This document shows, in pieces, positions 43,629 through 53,658 of a stretch of 64,000 nt of DNA. This stretch comes from an uncultured delta proteobacterium (GTDB taxonomy: Bacteria > Desulfobacterota > Binatia > Bin18). Below the pieces are notes generated by a model that did not search any database, was not told where the DNA came from, and worked only from the letters and a program-made list of their open reading frames with translations. Each line of letters starts with the position of its first letter. The stretch's first letter is position 1. The stretch lies in contig CAVTCR010000073.1 in NCBI GenBank assembly GCA_963733195.1, positions 160,001 to 224,000 on the forward strand. The letters run 5' to 3'. Both the position numbers and the translations under genes were made by a program.

Positions 43629-44702
43629 ATGAAACTCGGACTTATCTTTCCTGGCGGTGGCATGAAAATCCGCGATATGGTCACGATCGGTAAAGAAGCC
43701 AGAAGGTGCGGGGTTTGATTCACTCTATGTCACCGAGGCCTGGCGTAGTGGATTCGTGCCATTGACAGCTCTTGCGATGGCCACACAGCGTGTGCGCCTT
43801 GGGCCGTATGTCCTAAACGCGTATCGGGCGCAGCCCGTTGCTTACCGGGATGAGTGCAATTGATCTCGATGAACTCTCGGGCGGACGGCTCTTACTTGGC
43901 GTTGGGAGTGGGAATCGCCATATCAATGAGGATTGGCAAGGCGTACCCCACGTCGAGCCGTACCAAAAGATGAAAGAGTACATTGAATGTCTCAAACAGA
44001 TCGTGCGGACCCGTATTGGTACACCAATGACATACGAGGGCAAGATTCATCGTATGCGTTGGACGCCTGCGGTTGATCCGTTGCGGGAGAGTATCCCCAT
44101 TTATCTGTCGGCTATCTTCCCCCGTATGATCAAGGTTGCGGGACAGGTAGCGGACGGTGTCGCGATTGGTGCGATGGGTTCAGCGGAGTACCTTCACACG
44201 GTTCTGCAGCCGCGCGTGCGAGAAGCTGCTACTCAGGCCGGTCGTGACCCACAGTCCCTGGGATATGTCATGGCAATCTTTGTCTCAGTCGAGTGATGAA
44301 CGCGAACAAGCTCGGCAAGCCGCGCGCGAAGCGATTTGTCGCTTGTTCTCACCTTTGCCACATCCATACTACGACTTCCTGTTGCGTGAGCAAGGGTTTT
44401 CTGCGGCTGCCGATGCGGCCCAGAAACTGGTGCCTGCGGGTAAACTCAAGCAGGCGGCAGACACTATTCCAGACGAAGCGATCGACCGTCTGACCATTGC
44501 CGGAACCCCGGCAGAATGTCGCAAACGCATCGCGCAATACGAAGGTATTGTCGAAGAGGTGATCTGCGTGAACGTTTCTTATGCAACTCCGCAAATGTCT
44601 GACCCGCTCGGATCGTATCGCAGCATTATCAATCTGCGGTGGGCCAAGGTCAATGGTTTCCTCTCTCCGCGAGAGAGAGGAAAGCCTGGGGGACATTCGT
44701 AA
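43629..44702 (+). CDS. LLM class (luciferase-like) flavin/F420-dependent oxidoreductase, frameshifted
   Basis: MKLGLIFP, GFDSLYVTEAW, LDELSGGRLLLGVGSG, IPIYLSA, AGQVADG, IAGTPAEC. Confidence 0.82.
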
Positions 44703-46188
44703 AGAGCGCAAAGAACCGTTCTTGTACTCTTTGCTGTTCTGCTTCATTTGGTTGTCTGACCAGTGTGACCGTGACGGAGACGAGTCCATTCAACACAAAC
44801 GAGGCCAATCCTGCATCGAGTACACCGATGTGATTCCAGCCTGTGAGTACCATTCCTAGGAGGCTTAGCGTACCGGCTGCGAGTCCTGAGAGTGCAGCCG
44901 CGCGTGTGAATCGCGGCCAGTACAACCCCAATATCATGGGTAAATAGAGCTGCATCAAAAACTCAAATTTGATGACGGTTAGTTGCCACAGAGTGGTAAT
45001 AGGATGCAGCGAAAGGAGAGTGACAACCACAAGGATGGCAGCCGTGAACACTCGTCCGACCGTCGCGATCTCATTCTCGCTGGCATGTGGCCTCACAAAC
45101 TGTCGATATAAGTCATGTGTGACCATTGAAGACAGTGTCAACAACACTCCTGCGGCGGTCGACATAATGGCTGCTGCGGCGCCCAAAAAGACGAGAATTA
45201 CAATCCAGTAGGCACTCTCTGCTCGCTGACCAAGTAGTAGGGCGAGGACTTGGTCTGCCTCAATCGTTTTGAGGTCCTGTAAGCGAATAATTCCTACCAA
45301 GCCGATCAAAACGACGGCGAGCATGACAATGAAATAATTGGGAATCATCATCGCTAATCCGTGCCGCAGCGCTTTCTCGCTCTTGGCGGCGTAGACACTC
45401 TGAATGATTTGGGGGTACATCGACCCGCCCATGCCGAACACTAAGGCAAGGAGGAGGTAGGATCGTGTGAGTGTTTCGAGTGAACCTGGAACAGCGACTT
45501 TTTCTGGAGCGATCGTCACTGCTCGTTGAATAACGGTTGCTAAACCACCTTCCCAATGCACGAGGACAACAGCAGCAACGACAATGGCAAGCCAGAGTAG
45601 TGCGCCTTGCAATACTTCAGCCCAGACGACACCACGCCAGCCACTGAGCAGGACATAAATGAGCATGCCGGCGAAGATGTAAATCACTCCAGTGGCGAAC
45701 GAATAGCGTCCGCCTGTGAAGCCAACAAACGCATGGCCCATCGCTGCGGTTTGGATCATCAAGTAGGGAATGACGGTAATGATCAGAAACAATGCCGTCC
45801 AAAAGCGCAGCACACGACTATCGAAACGATCAGCGTAGTAATCCGATGGCGTGAGATAGTCATACTTTTTCGACAAGACATAGAGGCGCGGAGCGTAGGT
45901 CAGAAAACCGAGTGAGATTGCGATGGTAAAGGGAATCAGCGTGACAGCTATCAAACCAACTCGATACGATTGCCCTGGTAGGCCAAAAAATGTGTTGCCA
46001 CTAAACTTGGTGGCGAGCATGGCGAAGAAGAGCACGAGTGCGCCGGTACTCTTGCCGCCGAGAAAATAATCTCGTGCCGTCCAGGTTTCTCCAGAGCGAT
46101 AGGCAAAGTAGCCGATGAAGATGTTACTCAGTAGGTACAGAGAGAGAATGAGCAGAGCATCAAAGCCGAGTCCAGCGGAAGGTGACAT
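44650..46188 (-). CDS. Sodium:solute symporter family protein
   Basis: DYFLGG, ATKFSGNTFFGLPG, LSGWRGVVW.EVLQG, AAAIMST; many TMs. Confidence 0.92.
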   Translation of the reverse strand: MSPSAGLGFDALLILSLYLLSNIFIGYFAYRSGETWTARDYFLGGKSTGALVLFFAMLATKFSGNTFFGLPGQSYRVGLIAVTLIPFTIAISLGFLTYAPRLYVLSKKYDYLTPSDYYADRFDSRVLRFWTALFLIITVIPYLMIQTAAMGHAFVGFTGGRYSFATGVIYIFAGMLIYVLLSGWRGVVWAEVLQGALLWLAIVVAAVVLVHWEGGLATVIQRAVTIAPEKVAVPGSLETLTRSYLLLALVFGMGGSMYPQIIQSVYAAKSEKALRHGLAMMIPNYFIVMLAVVLIGLVGIIRLQDLKTIEADQVLALLLGQRAESAYWIVILVFLGAAAAIMSTAAGVLLTLSSMVTHDLYRQFVRPHASENEIATVGRVFTAAILVVVTLLSLHPITTLWQLTVIKFEFLMQLYLPMILGLYWPRFTRAAALSGLAAGTLSLLGMVLTGWNHIGVLDAGLASFVLNGLVSVTVTLVRQPNEAEQQRVQERFFALFTNVPQAFLSLAERGNH

Positions 46189-46279
46189 ATTTGGAATAGT
46201 GAAGGGTTAAGAAGGAGGAGTGAAGAATGGGAGGTAGTGCGTGTTGCGTGAAACTTTGAGCTTTAAACTTTAAACGTAA

Positions 46280-46516
46280 TTAGCCCTCTTCCTCTCCTAA
46301 GGTTGTTGCCGCCAGTCGCCACTGCCGCAACACGATATACACAGTAAATGCGGTAAGCGCGAGGGCCGCGATGAGAACAGTGAGAAACCACAACGGAACG
46401 CCAAACACCAAAGGTTCATACGTGCCGATAAAGAAGTACGGAACACAGAAGAAGATCAGCAGAAAAACGATCGTCCAAATCCACAGTTGGGCGGGCTCTT
46501 TAGGCGGCATTATCAT
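46280..46516 (-). CDS. Small two-TM symporter accessory protein (DUF3311-like)
   Basis: VPYFF..EPLVFGVPLWF; directly upstream of the SSS gene. Confidence 0.7.
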   Translation of the reverse strand: MIMPPKEPAQLWIWTIVFLLIFFCVPYFFIGTYEPLVFGVPLWFLTVLIAALALTAFTVYIVLRQWRLAATTLGEEEG

Positions 46517-46549
46517 TTTTTGCGCTCAGAAATTTGGTGGTTGCGCGTG

Positions 46550-47398
46550 TTACGGCGGGGATTCTTCCCCAACTTTTGGCTCGTTCTTCACGGTTGTCTT
46601 TTTTACTGGCGGAGCCTTTGCTTTCGTCATGTCCTGCTTTGCCTTCTGCGGGTCTTTTGTGGATTCTTTAGTCACAACCTTCTTTGCCACTTTTGCTTCG
46701 CGCAACCCCCATTGCCCAGTATCGTAGAAGAGATCAGCGGTGACCTTGTTTTCTTCATTGATGCGCAAGCTGCGAATGAAATCGTTGCTCTCTTGCGCGA
46801 GCGTTTTTGGCCAGGTGGCTTTTGGATCGTCTTCTTTGGGGAAAATAATCCGGAAATGCACCCGTAGTGCAGCTGTGACACCGAAGCGGTCTACCACTGT
46901 ATACGGTGGATTGGCCTCGTGAACATGAGAGACAACCGTACGCCACAAATCGCCATCAGCCTGATCAGCAACAACAGTACCAGCCGGATACTTCCGTGGC
47001 AGTTTACTGTTGCTGAAATCGGTAAGAGACAATTTATCCGCATTCGGCTCTGCAACCACAATAGCACTAGTCGTGCGAGAAGCGTTATCGGAAGAAGGAA
47101 GAGGAATCACAAACTGTAGAGCTTCTAGCTTACCACGGCTAGATGTTTGCGGCTTTGCCCAGCGCCGCGGCGCGCTGTAGCTAATCTTGCTTCCGAGAAG
47201 TGCGAGTTTCGGTTTTTTGCCTTGGTCAGGTTTCTTTACGCGCTCTGATTTTTTCTTCGCTCCAGCCTCTGTCTCGCTTTGAACAGCATTGTTTTCATTC
47301 GTGCTCGTCTGTGCAAATACCAACGTAGTCAGAAGACTAGCAGCGATAAGAATGACACTGAACAACAAACGCGGATGCAAAAAGACTGTACGGTGCAT
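46550..47398 (-). CDS. Hypothetical exported protein
   Basis: Signal peptide (VFA-QT); Lys-rich low-complexity ends. Confidence 0.6.
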   Translation of the reverse strand: MHRTVFLHPRLLFSVILIAASLLTTLVFAQTSTNENNAVQSETEAGAKKKSERVKKPDQGKKPKLALLGSKISYSAPRRWAKPQTSSRGKLEALQFVIPLPSSDNASRTTSAIVVAEPNADKLSLTDFSNSKLPRKYPAGTVVADQADGDLWRTVVSHVHEANPPYTVVDRFGVTAALRVHFRIIFPKEDDPKATWPKTLAQESNDFIRSLRINEENKVTADLFYDTGQWGLREAKVAKKVVTKESTKDPQKAKQDMTKAKAPPVKKTTVKNEPKVGEESPP

Positions 47399-47451
47399 AG
47401 AGTCTCATACTTAGCAGACTGCGACCTGTTCTTTAAGGGGCAATGAATCTC

Positions 47452-47556
47452 TCCTAGATTCCCGCTCCTGGTAGAACTTGGGACAGCCTGTACGGGAATG
47501 GTGAAACCTCCCTGCTGTCATTCTCGCGAGCGACGCAAGACCCGGAATCCAGAAGG
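47452..47556. repeat. Degenerate REP-like palindromes (GATTCCCGC...CGGGAATG / GTCATTC...GGAATCCAG)
   Basis: Inverted repeats in the intergenic region. Confidence 0.45.
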
Positions 47557-47592
47557 CTCTCGTTAGTGCTCCACAGTTACCACGCTTAGCAT

Positions 47593-49062
47593 CTAAGCAT
47601 TGGCATCTCCCATACCGTTGCCCTCCTTAAGAAACTTCTGCACCTGCGACTCAACGGCGGTCCCTTTGAAGAAGTTCGGGTTCATGCTGGTCCACAAGCG
47701 AATCGGATTGGCGAAAACAAAATCACGGAAATCTTCTTCAGTAAGGATGCCGTCTTCGACTCCCTCGTATGCTTCAGGGAGAACGTGTGTCATATCCGGC
47801 ACGTCGAAATGGCCAATGTCGGAACCAAAAATTGCGTTGATCCGTGCACCGTATGGATTCACATTACTCTTGAACGCCCAAGCATTCGCCGGATCATCGG
47901 CTTCACAGCCAAAATAAAAATGAGGCACAAACAGATCGCGAATGTCAGATGCTTGTTTGATGCCACAGGCTTCGAAGTCATCGAGTTGTTCAGGGCGCTC
48001 CATTAACAAACCGATGCCAGGCGCAAGCTGGTCAATCACGTTGAGAAACGCTTTGGAGCCGTAGCGTTGCACGTAATCAACCAACATCTCACGATTGAGG
48101 TTAGCAGGATTCACTTCATCCAGCGCATCGGCATTACGTTTCTTCCAATGGCCGATGAGATCGCTATACAGACTGCACGCCCAACCCACACCGCCTTCGA
48201 GGAAGGTAAATTTCAGTTTAGGGAACCGGCGAGTAACACCGCCAATAAATAGGGCTTTACACACTGCCTCTCCCGCCTGTCCGAAATGGCCGATGTGGTT
48301 GTAGACGAAATTAGAAATCGAGGTCCGTAGCCCAATGCCTGACGATGCGGAATGAAAGGCTGGGGAGACCCCAAGCTCTACGCATTTAGCCCACACGGGG
48401 TCGTAGTCATATTCACTGTCCAACCCAAGCACATCGTGCCAGATGGCGTACCGGCTCGCGTCTGGAGTTGCTTTGGCAACCGCCGCTACAGGACGCCGCA
48501 CAAGACTGCTCAGCATGACAATTTTGAATCCGAGCGTTTTGACTGCAAATTCGAGTTCCTCAAGCGCTTCTTGCGGAGTGTACATCGGTACGACAGCTGC
48601 TGGAGCGAGACGATCGCCTAACCCAGCGAACTGATCTGCAGTATACATATTGAATGCACGACAGGCCGCGCGCCGCACTTCTTCATCGCGTAGAAACGGA
48701 GCAAAGAGTGCACCCGAGGTTGGGTAGATGGCAGAAAAATCGAATCCCAGTTCTCCCATACGTTCATGCAAAAGTTTAGGGAGCATGGCTGTCGCACGGT
48801 CACGCGTGTTCTTGGTCGGTACACCCCACCAGCCTGGTTGCAACATGCGACGCTCGCGTCGTTCTGGTGCCGGTGTCTGTGCCCATTTTTTATTGCCAAA
48901 TTGGTTAGCGACCTTCTTGTAACGTTCGACGATCTTGTCGCCACCGACTTTGTGAAGATATTCCATTGCCGCTGGTTCAAACTCGATCCAGTGACCATCG
49001 GCATCAAGCACTGGGTGTGCGAGGCGTGCGTGAATCGCTTCGGCGGTGTGATGTGCTGACAT
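47593..49062 (-). CDS. Amidohydrolase family protein (Amidohydro_2)
   Basis: LDADGH, YDPVWAKCVELG, FLEGGVGW, FYFGCEADD, FGSDIGHFD. Confidence 0.9.
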   Translation of the reverse strand: MSAHHTAEAIHARLAHPVLDADGHWIEFEPAAMEYLHKVGGDKIVERYKKVANQFGNKKWAQTPAPERRERRMLQPGWWGVPTKNTRDRATAMLPKLLHERMGELGFDFSAIYPTSGALFAPFLRDEEVRRAACRAFNMYTADQFAGLGDRLAPAAVVPMYTPQEALEELEFAVKTLGFKIVMLSSLVRRPVAAVAKATPDASRYAIWHDVLGLDSEYDYDPVWAKCVELGVSPAFHSASSGIGLRTSISNFVYNHIGHFGQAGEAVCKALFIGGVTRRFPKLKFTFLEGGVGWACSLYSDLIGHWKKRNADALDEVNPANLNREMLVDYVQRYGSKAFLNVIDQLAPGIGLLMERPEQLDDFEACGIKQASDIRDLFVPHFYFGCEADDPANAWAFKSNVNPYGARINAIFGSDIGHFDVPDMTHVLPEAYEGVEDGILTEEDFRDFVFANPIRLWTSMNPNFFKGTAVESQVQKFLKEGNGMGDANA

Positions 49063-49412
49063 AATTTCCCTCCGTTATCGTACTTGGATGATACGTGGAA
49101 GAATTTGCCCTGGTATGCGACAGAATGCAAGCAGAATAGTTTAGGAGTCTGGGTGTCTGGGGTCGAGAGTCAGGAAAAAGAAAACAGCGAAAGGACAGAC
49201 ACGAGTTTTTATCCATTTCGCCTCCCCATTTACCTTTGCCCAATGGTGTGGCTCAATCTGAGGGTCCTTCGCCCGAAGCTCAGGACAGTCTCCGTAGCGA
49301 CATCTCCCAAGGATTGACAACTCCCCGCCATGAACATATTGCCTTTTCGCTCTTGACCATAGTATTTCGACAATGGTAGCGGAGAAGGACAATCCAGACG
49401 GGGAGGGGATCT

Positions 49413-50315
49413 ATGGAATTTGGCGTTGTCCTACCACATGTTGGTCCGCAAGCACGCGAGAATGTTGTCGAACGCATTCAATCGATTTCTCGTCATGCCG
49501 AAACACTTGGATATCACTCATTATGGGTCGCAGATCACGTTGTCATTCCTACAGTGATTGAATCGAAATATCCGTATCACCCAGAAGGTAAGTTTCCCAT
49601 TGATCCCGCGGACGATTTCCTCGATCCATTGACAGTCTTGGGCTATGTCGCTGCATGTACGACGCGCGTTCGTCTTGGCACCGGCGTGTTGATTATTCCG
49701 TACCGCCATCCAGTGGTGACCGCGAAGATGATCGCCACGCTTGATGTCTTATCGCGCGGACGGATTATTCTTGGTGCAGGCGTGGGATGGATGGCAGAAG
49801 AATTCGCTTATCTCGATTCACCCTATCGGCAGCGAGGGGCACGGACCGATGAATACCTTAAAGCGATGAAAGCCTTGTGGACTCAAGCCGAGCCACACTT
49901 CGAGGGCAAGTTCGTCAATTTCTCTAAACTGAAATGTGAACCCAAACCCGTGCAGAAACCACATCCACCAATTTGGATTGGTGGGCATAGTGAAGCCGCG
50001 CTGCGACGAACGGGAACGCTAGCTGACGGGTGGTACGGCCATGTACTGTGGCGTAATCCTGATGCCTTGCCACGAGAAATTCAGACAATCAGAAAATATG
50101 CTGAAGAAGCAGGACGTGATCCAAACAAACTCACTTATGCCGCGCCATCCTACGAGCGGACGTTTGAAGATGTCCTCCGCAACCTTCCCATGTATGAGAA
50201 GGCCGGACTAGATCACGTAGTGTTAGCTTTCTTTATGTGGACACCAGGCTTTGACGAAGTGCTCACGTTGATGGAGCGATTCGCACGCGAAGCGGGGTTG
50301 AAGGCCGCAAGGTAA
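49413..50315 (+). CDS. LLM class F420-dependent oxidoreductase (Rv2161c-like)
   Basis: GYHSLWVADHVVIP, TTRVRLGTGVL, TLDVLSRGR..LGAGVGW..EEF, PKPVQKPHPPIWIGG. Confidence 0.9.
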   Translation: MEFGVVLPHVGPQARENVVERIQSISRHAETLGYHSLWVADHVVIPTVIESKYPYHPEGKFPIDPADDFLDPLTVLGYVAACTTRVRLGTGVLIIPYRHPVVTAKMIATLDVLSRGRIILGAGVGWMAEEFAYLDSPYRQRGARTDEYLKAMKALWTQAEPHFEGKFVNFSKLKCEPKPVQKPHPPIWIGGHSEAALRRTGTLADGWYGHVLWRNPDALPREIQTIRKYAEEAGRDPNKLTYAAPSYERTFEDVLRNLPMYEKAGLDHVVLAFFMWTPGFDEVLTLMERFAREAGLKAAR

Positions 50316-50424
50316 TCGCGCATGATTTGGCTAATTTCAAAAATGGTTTATTTTGCAGGTACGAGAACGTTTGCCGGCTTGCATTGGGCCAGCTAGCATG
50401 TGTTCGACATCATAAGGAAGCACC

Positions 50425-50748
50425 GTGAATCCTTGGCGACCAGCTACCCAGCGAGAGGTCGAGCAATTGCTCGAAGAAGCGTTTGATGACCTGTATCCGC
50501 AGCATCAAATCCAGTTTAACGCAATGAGAGTTCCCATCCGACCGATATCGGTCGCAGATACTCCAGGCGAGTTTGTATTCATCGTGGCCGAGCACAACCA
50601 TGCCGTTCTGTACTGGTCAGACATAGAGGCAGGCTGGGAGATTGAGCGGCTCAACGCTACGGGTGGGATCAACACCCGCGGCTCAAGCCAGTTTGAGCTC
50701 CATCATATTATGCACCAATTGTTAGGAGACCCTGAACGACTGTCTTAA
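50425..50748 (+). CDS. Hypothetical protein
   Basis: 107-aa ORF with AAGGA RBS; VLYWSDIEAGWE resembles small immunity-like proteins (weak). Confidence 0.55.
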   Translation: MNPWRPATQREVEQLLEEAFDDLYPQHQIQFNAMRVPIRPISVADTPGEFVFIVAEHNHAVLYWSDIEAGWEIERLNATGGINTRGSSQFELHHIMHQLLGDPERLS

Positions 50749-50759
50749 GTCGTAGCGCC

Positions 50760-50855
50760 GTAGGGTGGGTGAAGCGAAAGCGAAATCCGACGAAGTACCG
50801 TGGATAGAAAGGCGCGAAATCTGAGATATTCTTCCCCAGATTGCGTCCGGGCTAC
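50760..50855. repeat. GTAG-family REP pair (BIME-like)
   Basis: GTAGGGTGGGTGAAGCGAAAGCGAAATCCGAC...CGTCCGGGCTAC. Confidence 0.55.
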
Positions 50856-50917
50856 AAGACCGCGACTCTAGACGGGAGCAGAAGTTCCTTCGTTATTACG
50901 CTATAATAAACGCAGCT

Positions 50918-51133
50918 ATGGAACCCACTTCTTCTCGCAAAAACATCACAAGCCGTGTGATCCGCAAAGGTGACCCTCTCCCTGAAGAACAGGAGTGGGA
51001 TAGTTCGACACCAGAAGAACGGATTAATGCCGTGTGGGAGCTGACTCTTTTGTGTCTTGCCTGGCAGAGGGACCAAGCTAGTGAACCGCGACTTCAGAGA
51101 TCTGTTAGCCGAATTCAACGCGCAAGGCGTTGA
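50918..51133 (+). CDS. Small protein (WDSSTPEERINAVWEL), partner of the nucleotidyltransferase
   Basis: W...TPEER...A.EL pattern typical of small ORFs upstream of nucleotidyltransferases; overlaps the next gene. Confidence 0.65.
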   Translation: MEPTSSRKNITSRVIRKGDPLPEEQEWDSSTPEERINAVWELTLLCLAWQRDQASEPRLQRSVSRIQRARR

Positions 51134-51686
51134 GTATTTGCTGGTCGGGGCGCATGCATTAGCTGCTCACGGACATGTCCGTGCCACCAAAGACCTTGAT
51201 GTGTGGATCCGGCCTGACGCTGAGAATGCGAAGCGAGTCATCACGGCGTTACTGGCGTTTGGTGCTCCTTTACATGACCTAACAGAAGCAGACCTCACGA
51301 CTCCGGGTCTGATTTTCCAGATCGGAGTGCCTCCTGTGCGTATTGATGTGCTGACGGAAATTGATGGCGTGGACTTTGCGGAAGCCTGGACTGCCCGGTT
51401 ACTCACACAGTTTGCCGATCAACCTATCTCAGTCTTGTCGAAGGAGCATTTGATTAAGAATAAGCGTGCTGCCGGACGAATGCAGGATCTCGCCGATGTC
51501 GAAAGATTGGAGCCTAAAAGCAAAAAACCTCGACAAGGTAACGGTAAGAGGAGGGGGAACCGCTGTTCAACAAAGGCTCGCTATTTTTTTATCGCCTCAC
51601 GTGAGAAACTCTTCGCCAAAGGGCACGTACGGCTCGTTCATCGCCAGGCTGAGCATCAATCGCATCCGTGCCTTGCGAGGAGATAG
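51081..51686 (+). CDS. Nucleotidyltransferase family protein (DUF6036-like); 3' tail possibly extended by a frameshift
   Basis: VEYLLVGAHALAAHGHVRATKDLDVW, LIKNKRAAGR.QDLADVE. Confidence 0.8.
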   Translation: MNRDFRDLLAEFNAQGVEYLLVGAHALAAHGHVRATKDLDVWIRPDAENAKRVITALLAFGAPLHDLTEADLTTPGLIFQIGVPPVRIDVLTEIDGVDFAEAWTARLLTQFADQPISVLSKEHLIKNKRAAGRMQDLADVERLEPKSKKPRQGNGKRRGNRCSTKARYFFIASREKLFAKGHVRLVHRQAEHQSHPCLARR

Positions 51687-52577
51687 CCAGTTCTCAATCC
51701 TCACGCCTGCGTTCCGCAAGTCATCGTAGGCATGCGGATAATAATATTCCTCTGCTGTCCAACCACTTGTCGCGCTTGAGCACAGGACGATCGGCAAACC
51801 TTGCTCAGCAAGCCGCAGAATTCGTTTTCTCGCTGCAGGCGGCACACTTCCCGTTGCCATTCCCGCAATGATGAGTCCTTGCATTGACACAATAGAGTTC
51901 GCGTCAAGCATACAACCGTCATCAGCAACCCCCATCATGAGGATGGGAATGGACGGTGGGAGCGATACCGGAATCTTCCCGATCCGTGTCCGTGGGACTG
52001 GCTGCCAGGTAAAACTCACTCGATCTCCGGTAATACACCCGTACGGTGCTCCACGACGTGCAACAAATGCGTCTCTTGCCCCAGTGTCACTCTTGTACGC
52101 ACTCCAGGCTTCAAAGATGGCATCGTTCATGGTTACCAACACTCCGTATTCACGCGGGATCGTCGTGGCAACGCGAAAAGCATTTTCCAGATTCTTGATG
52201 CCGTCATAGTCAACTGCCCAACTTGGACGCATCGCACCGGTGAACACAACAGGGATGGGAGCGGAAATCATTTCGTCGATGCAGTAGGCAACTTCCTCTA
52301 AAGTATCCGTCCCATGCGTGACAACAATGCCATCGACCTGGCTGCCCGCCTCTTCCCGGACGCAGCGAGCCAAGGAGAGGAGATGATCTCCCATCTCGGT
52401 GTCCCAGGTTAGGTCGATCACGCGTACTGTGAGGGTTGACGCAAAAGGTGAGCGTGCTACTAACTCCGCACCTGTCAGCGCTGGAATACTCCTACCTTGC
52501 TCTACTTCGCGGACCATACTGATGGTCCCTCCTGTCGTAACCAGTAGAATGGCAGGCGTTCGGTTGCTCGCCCTCAT
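51597..52577 (-). CDS. Asparaginase/glutaminase family amidohydrolase
   Basis: TTGGTISM, VTHGTDTLEE, VFTGAMRP, DG..NL, LSPRKAR..L. Confidence 0.9.
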   Translation of the reverse strand: MRASNRTPAILLVTTGGTISMVREVEQGRSIPALTGAELVARSPFASTLTVRVIDLTWDTEMGDHLLSLARCVREEAGSQVDGIVVTHGTDTLEEVAYCIDEMISAPIPVVFTGAMRPSWAVDYDGIKNLENAFRVATTIPREYGVLVTMNDAIFEAWSAYKSDTGARDAFVARRGAPYGCITGDRVSFTWQPVPRTRIGKIPVSLPPSIPILMMGVADDGCMLDANSIVSMQGLIIAGMATGSVPPAARKRILRLAEQGLPIVLCSSATSGWTAEEYYYPHAYDDLRNAGVRIENWLSPRKARMRLMLSLAMNEPYVPFGEEFLT

Positions 52578-52580
52578 TGG

Positions 52581-53588
52581 TTATCCCTCTAGCGGCTTGC
52601 CGGCGAAGCGAAACAAGGCAACCATAAACCACTCATTTGCATCGAACCACAAGGCACGTCGCTGGAATCCACACAACGCAAGCTGTGTGCAAACCTCAGT
52701 CGGCGAAAACTTCCGCGAGATCTCGGTATGAATTGTTTCCTCCGTGCGAAAGGACACCTGGAGGTCGAGATCAGCAATCATCACTTCGTGTTTTTCCTCA
52801 CTCTGCAGATGCATTTCGATTTGGTGCAGTGGCTGATTATAAAAAGCCAGGTGAGAGAACCGGGAAAGGTCAAATTCCGCTGATAATTCACGATTCATCC
52901 GCTGGAGTAAATTCAAATTAAACGCAGCCGTTACTCCTGCCGCATCATTATAGGCAGACTCAAGAATAGTGACCGGCTTTCGCAGATCACAACCCAACAA
53001 GAAGAAATCTCCCGGCTGCAAGGTCTGAGTCAAGTGAGTAAAGAGGCGAGCTTGTTCTTCTGGGGAAAAGTTACCAAGATTGCTCCCCAAAAAAATCACC
53101 AAGCGAGGCGTATCATTCGGCAAGGCGGTGAGGCCATTGAAATAATCGGTTGCGAGTGCGTCAATAACAAGTCCTGGATACTCGTTCACCAAGGCGTTTG
53201 CTGTCACCTCCAGCATCGACGCACTAATGTCAATTGGCACGTAATGCAACTGTAAGTGACGCCGCTGCCCTTCATCGAGGAGCAGACGGGTTTTGACCGA
53301 GCTACCGCTTCCCAATTCGACGATGGTACATTTTCCTACTTCATCCCAAATATCTGTGACGTGCGCCCGCAAAATGCTTGCTTCGGTGCGTGTGAGATAA
53401 TACTCGGGCTGTTGGCAAATCTGTTCAAACAGGAGGGACCCACGGTGGTCGTAAAAATACTTCGGTGGAATCGCCTTTTGTGAGCGCTGCAGTCCCACCG
53501 CAACGTCTGCGCCGAAATGAGAATGAATCTCTACAGGTGTAGTGATGTGAAGGCGGCGGACTTCGGTGTGTTGTGTGTTCATTGTCAC
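52581..53588 (-). CDS. egtD: L-histidine N-alpha-methyltransferase
   Basis: PPKYFYD.RGS.LFEQI...PEYYLTRTE, ELGSGSS.KT, FLGSNLGNF, AYNDAAGVTAAFN.N.L, IEMHL, HTEISRKF. Confidence 0.95.
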   Translation of the reverse strand: MTMNTQHTEVRRLHITTPVEIHSHFGADVAVGLQRSQKAIPPKYFYDHRGSLLFEQICQQPEYYLTRTEASILRAHVTDIWDEVGKCTIVELGSGSSVKTRLLLDEGQRRHLQLHYVPIDISASMLEVTANALVNEYPGLVIDALATDYFNGLTALPNDTPRLVIFLGSNLGNFSPEEQARLFTHLTQTLQPGDFFLLGCDLRKPVTILESAYNDAAGVTAAFNLNLLQRMNRELSAEFDLSRFSHLAFYNQPLHQIEMHLQSEEKHEVMIADLDLQVSFRTEETIHTEISRKFSPTEVCTQLALCGFQRRALWFDANEWFMVALFRFAGKPLEG

Positions 53589-53658
53589 TTTGTGCTTCCT
53601 TTCCCTATAATAGCTACGACGAGAGAGAAGGATGAGGAGGGAGTTCCGTTTTCATGAG

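Noticed and set aside
44285-44300. TGA in the LLM gene (also TGA 21715-17 in the oxidoreductase) as further selenocysteine codons
   Set aside because: Homology continues in a different frame, so these are indels; no Cys-equivalent position or hairpin.
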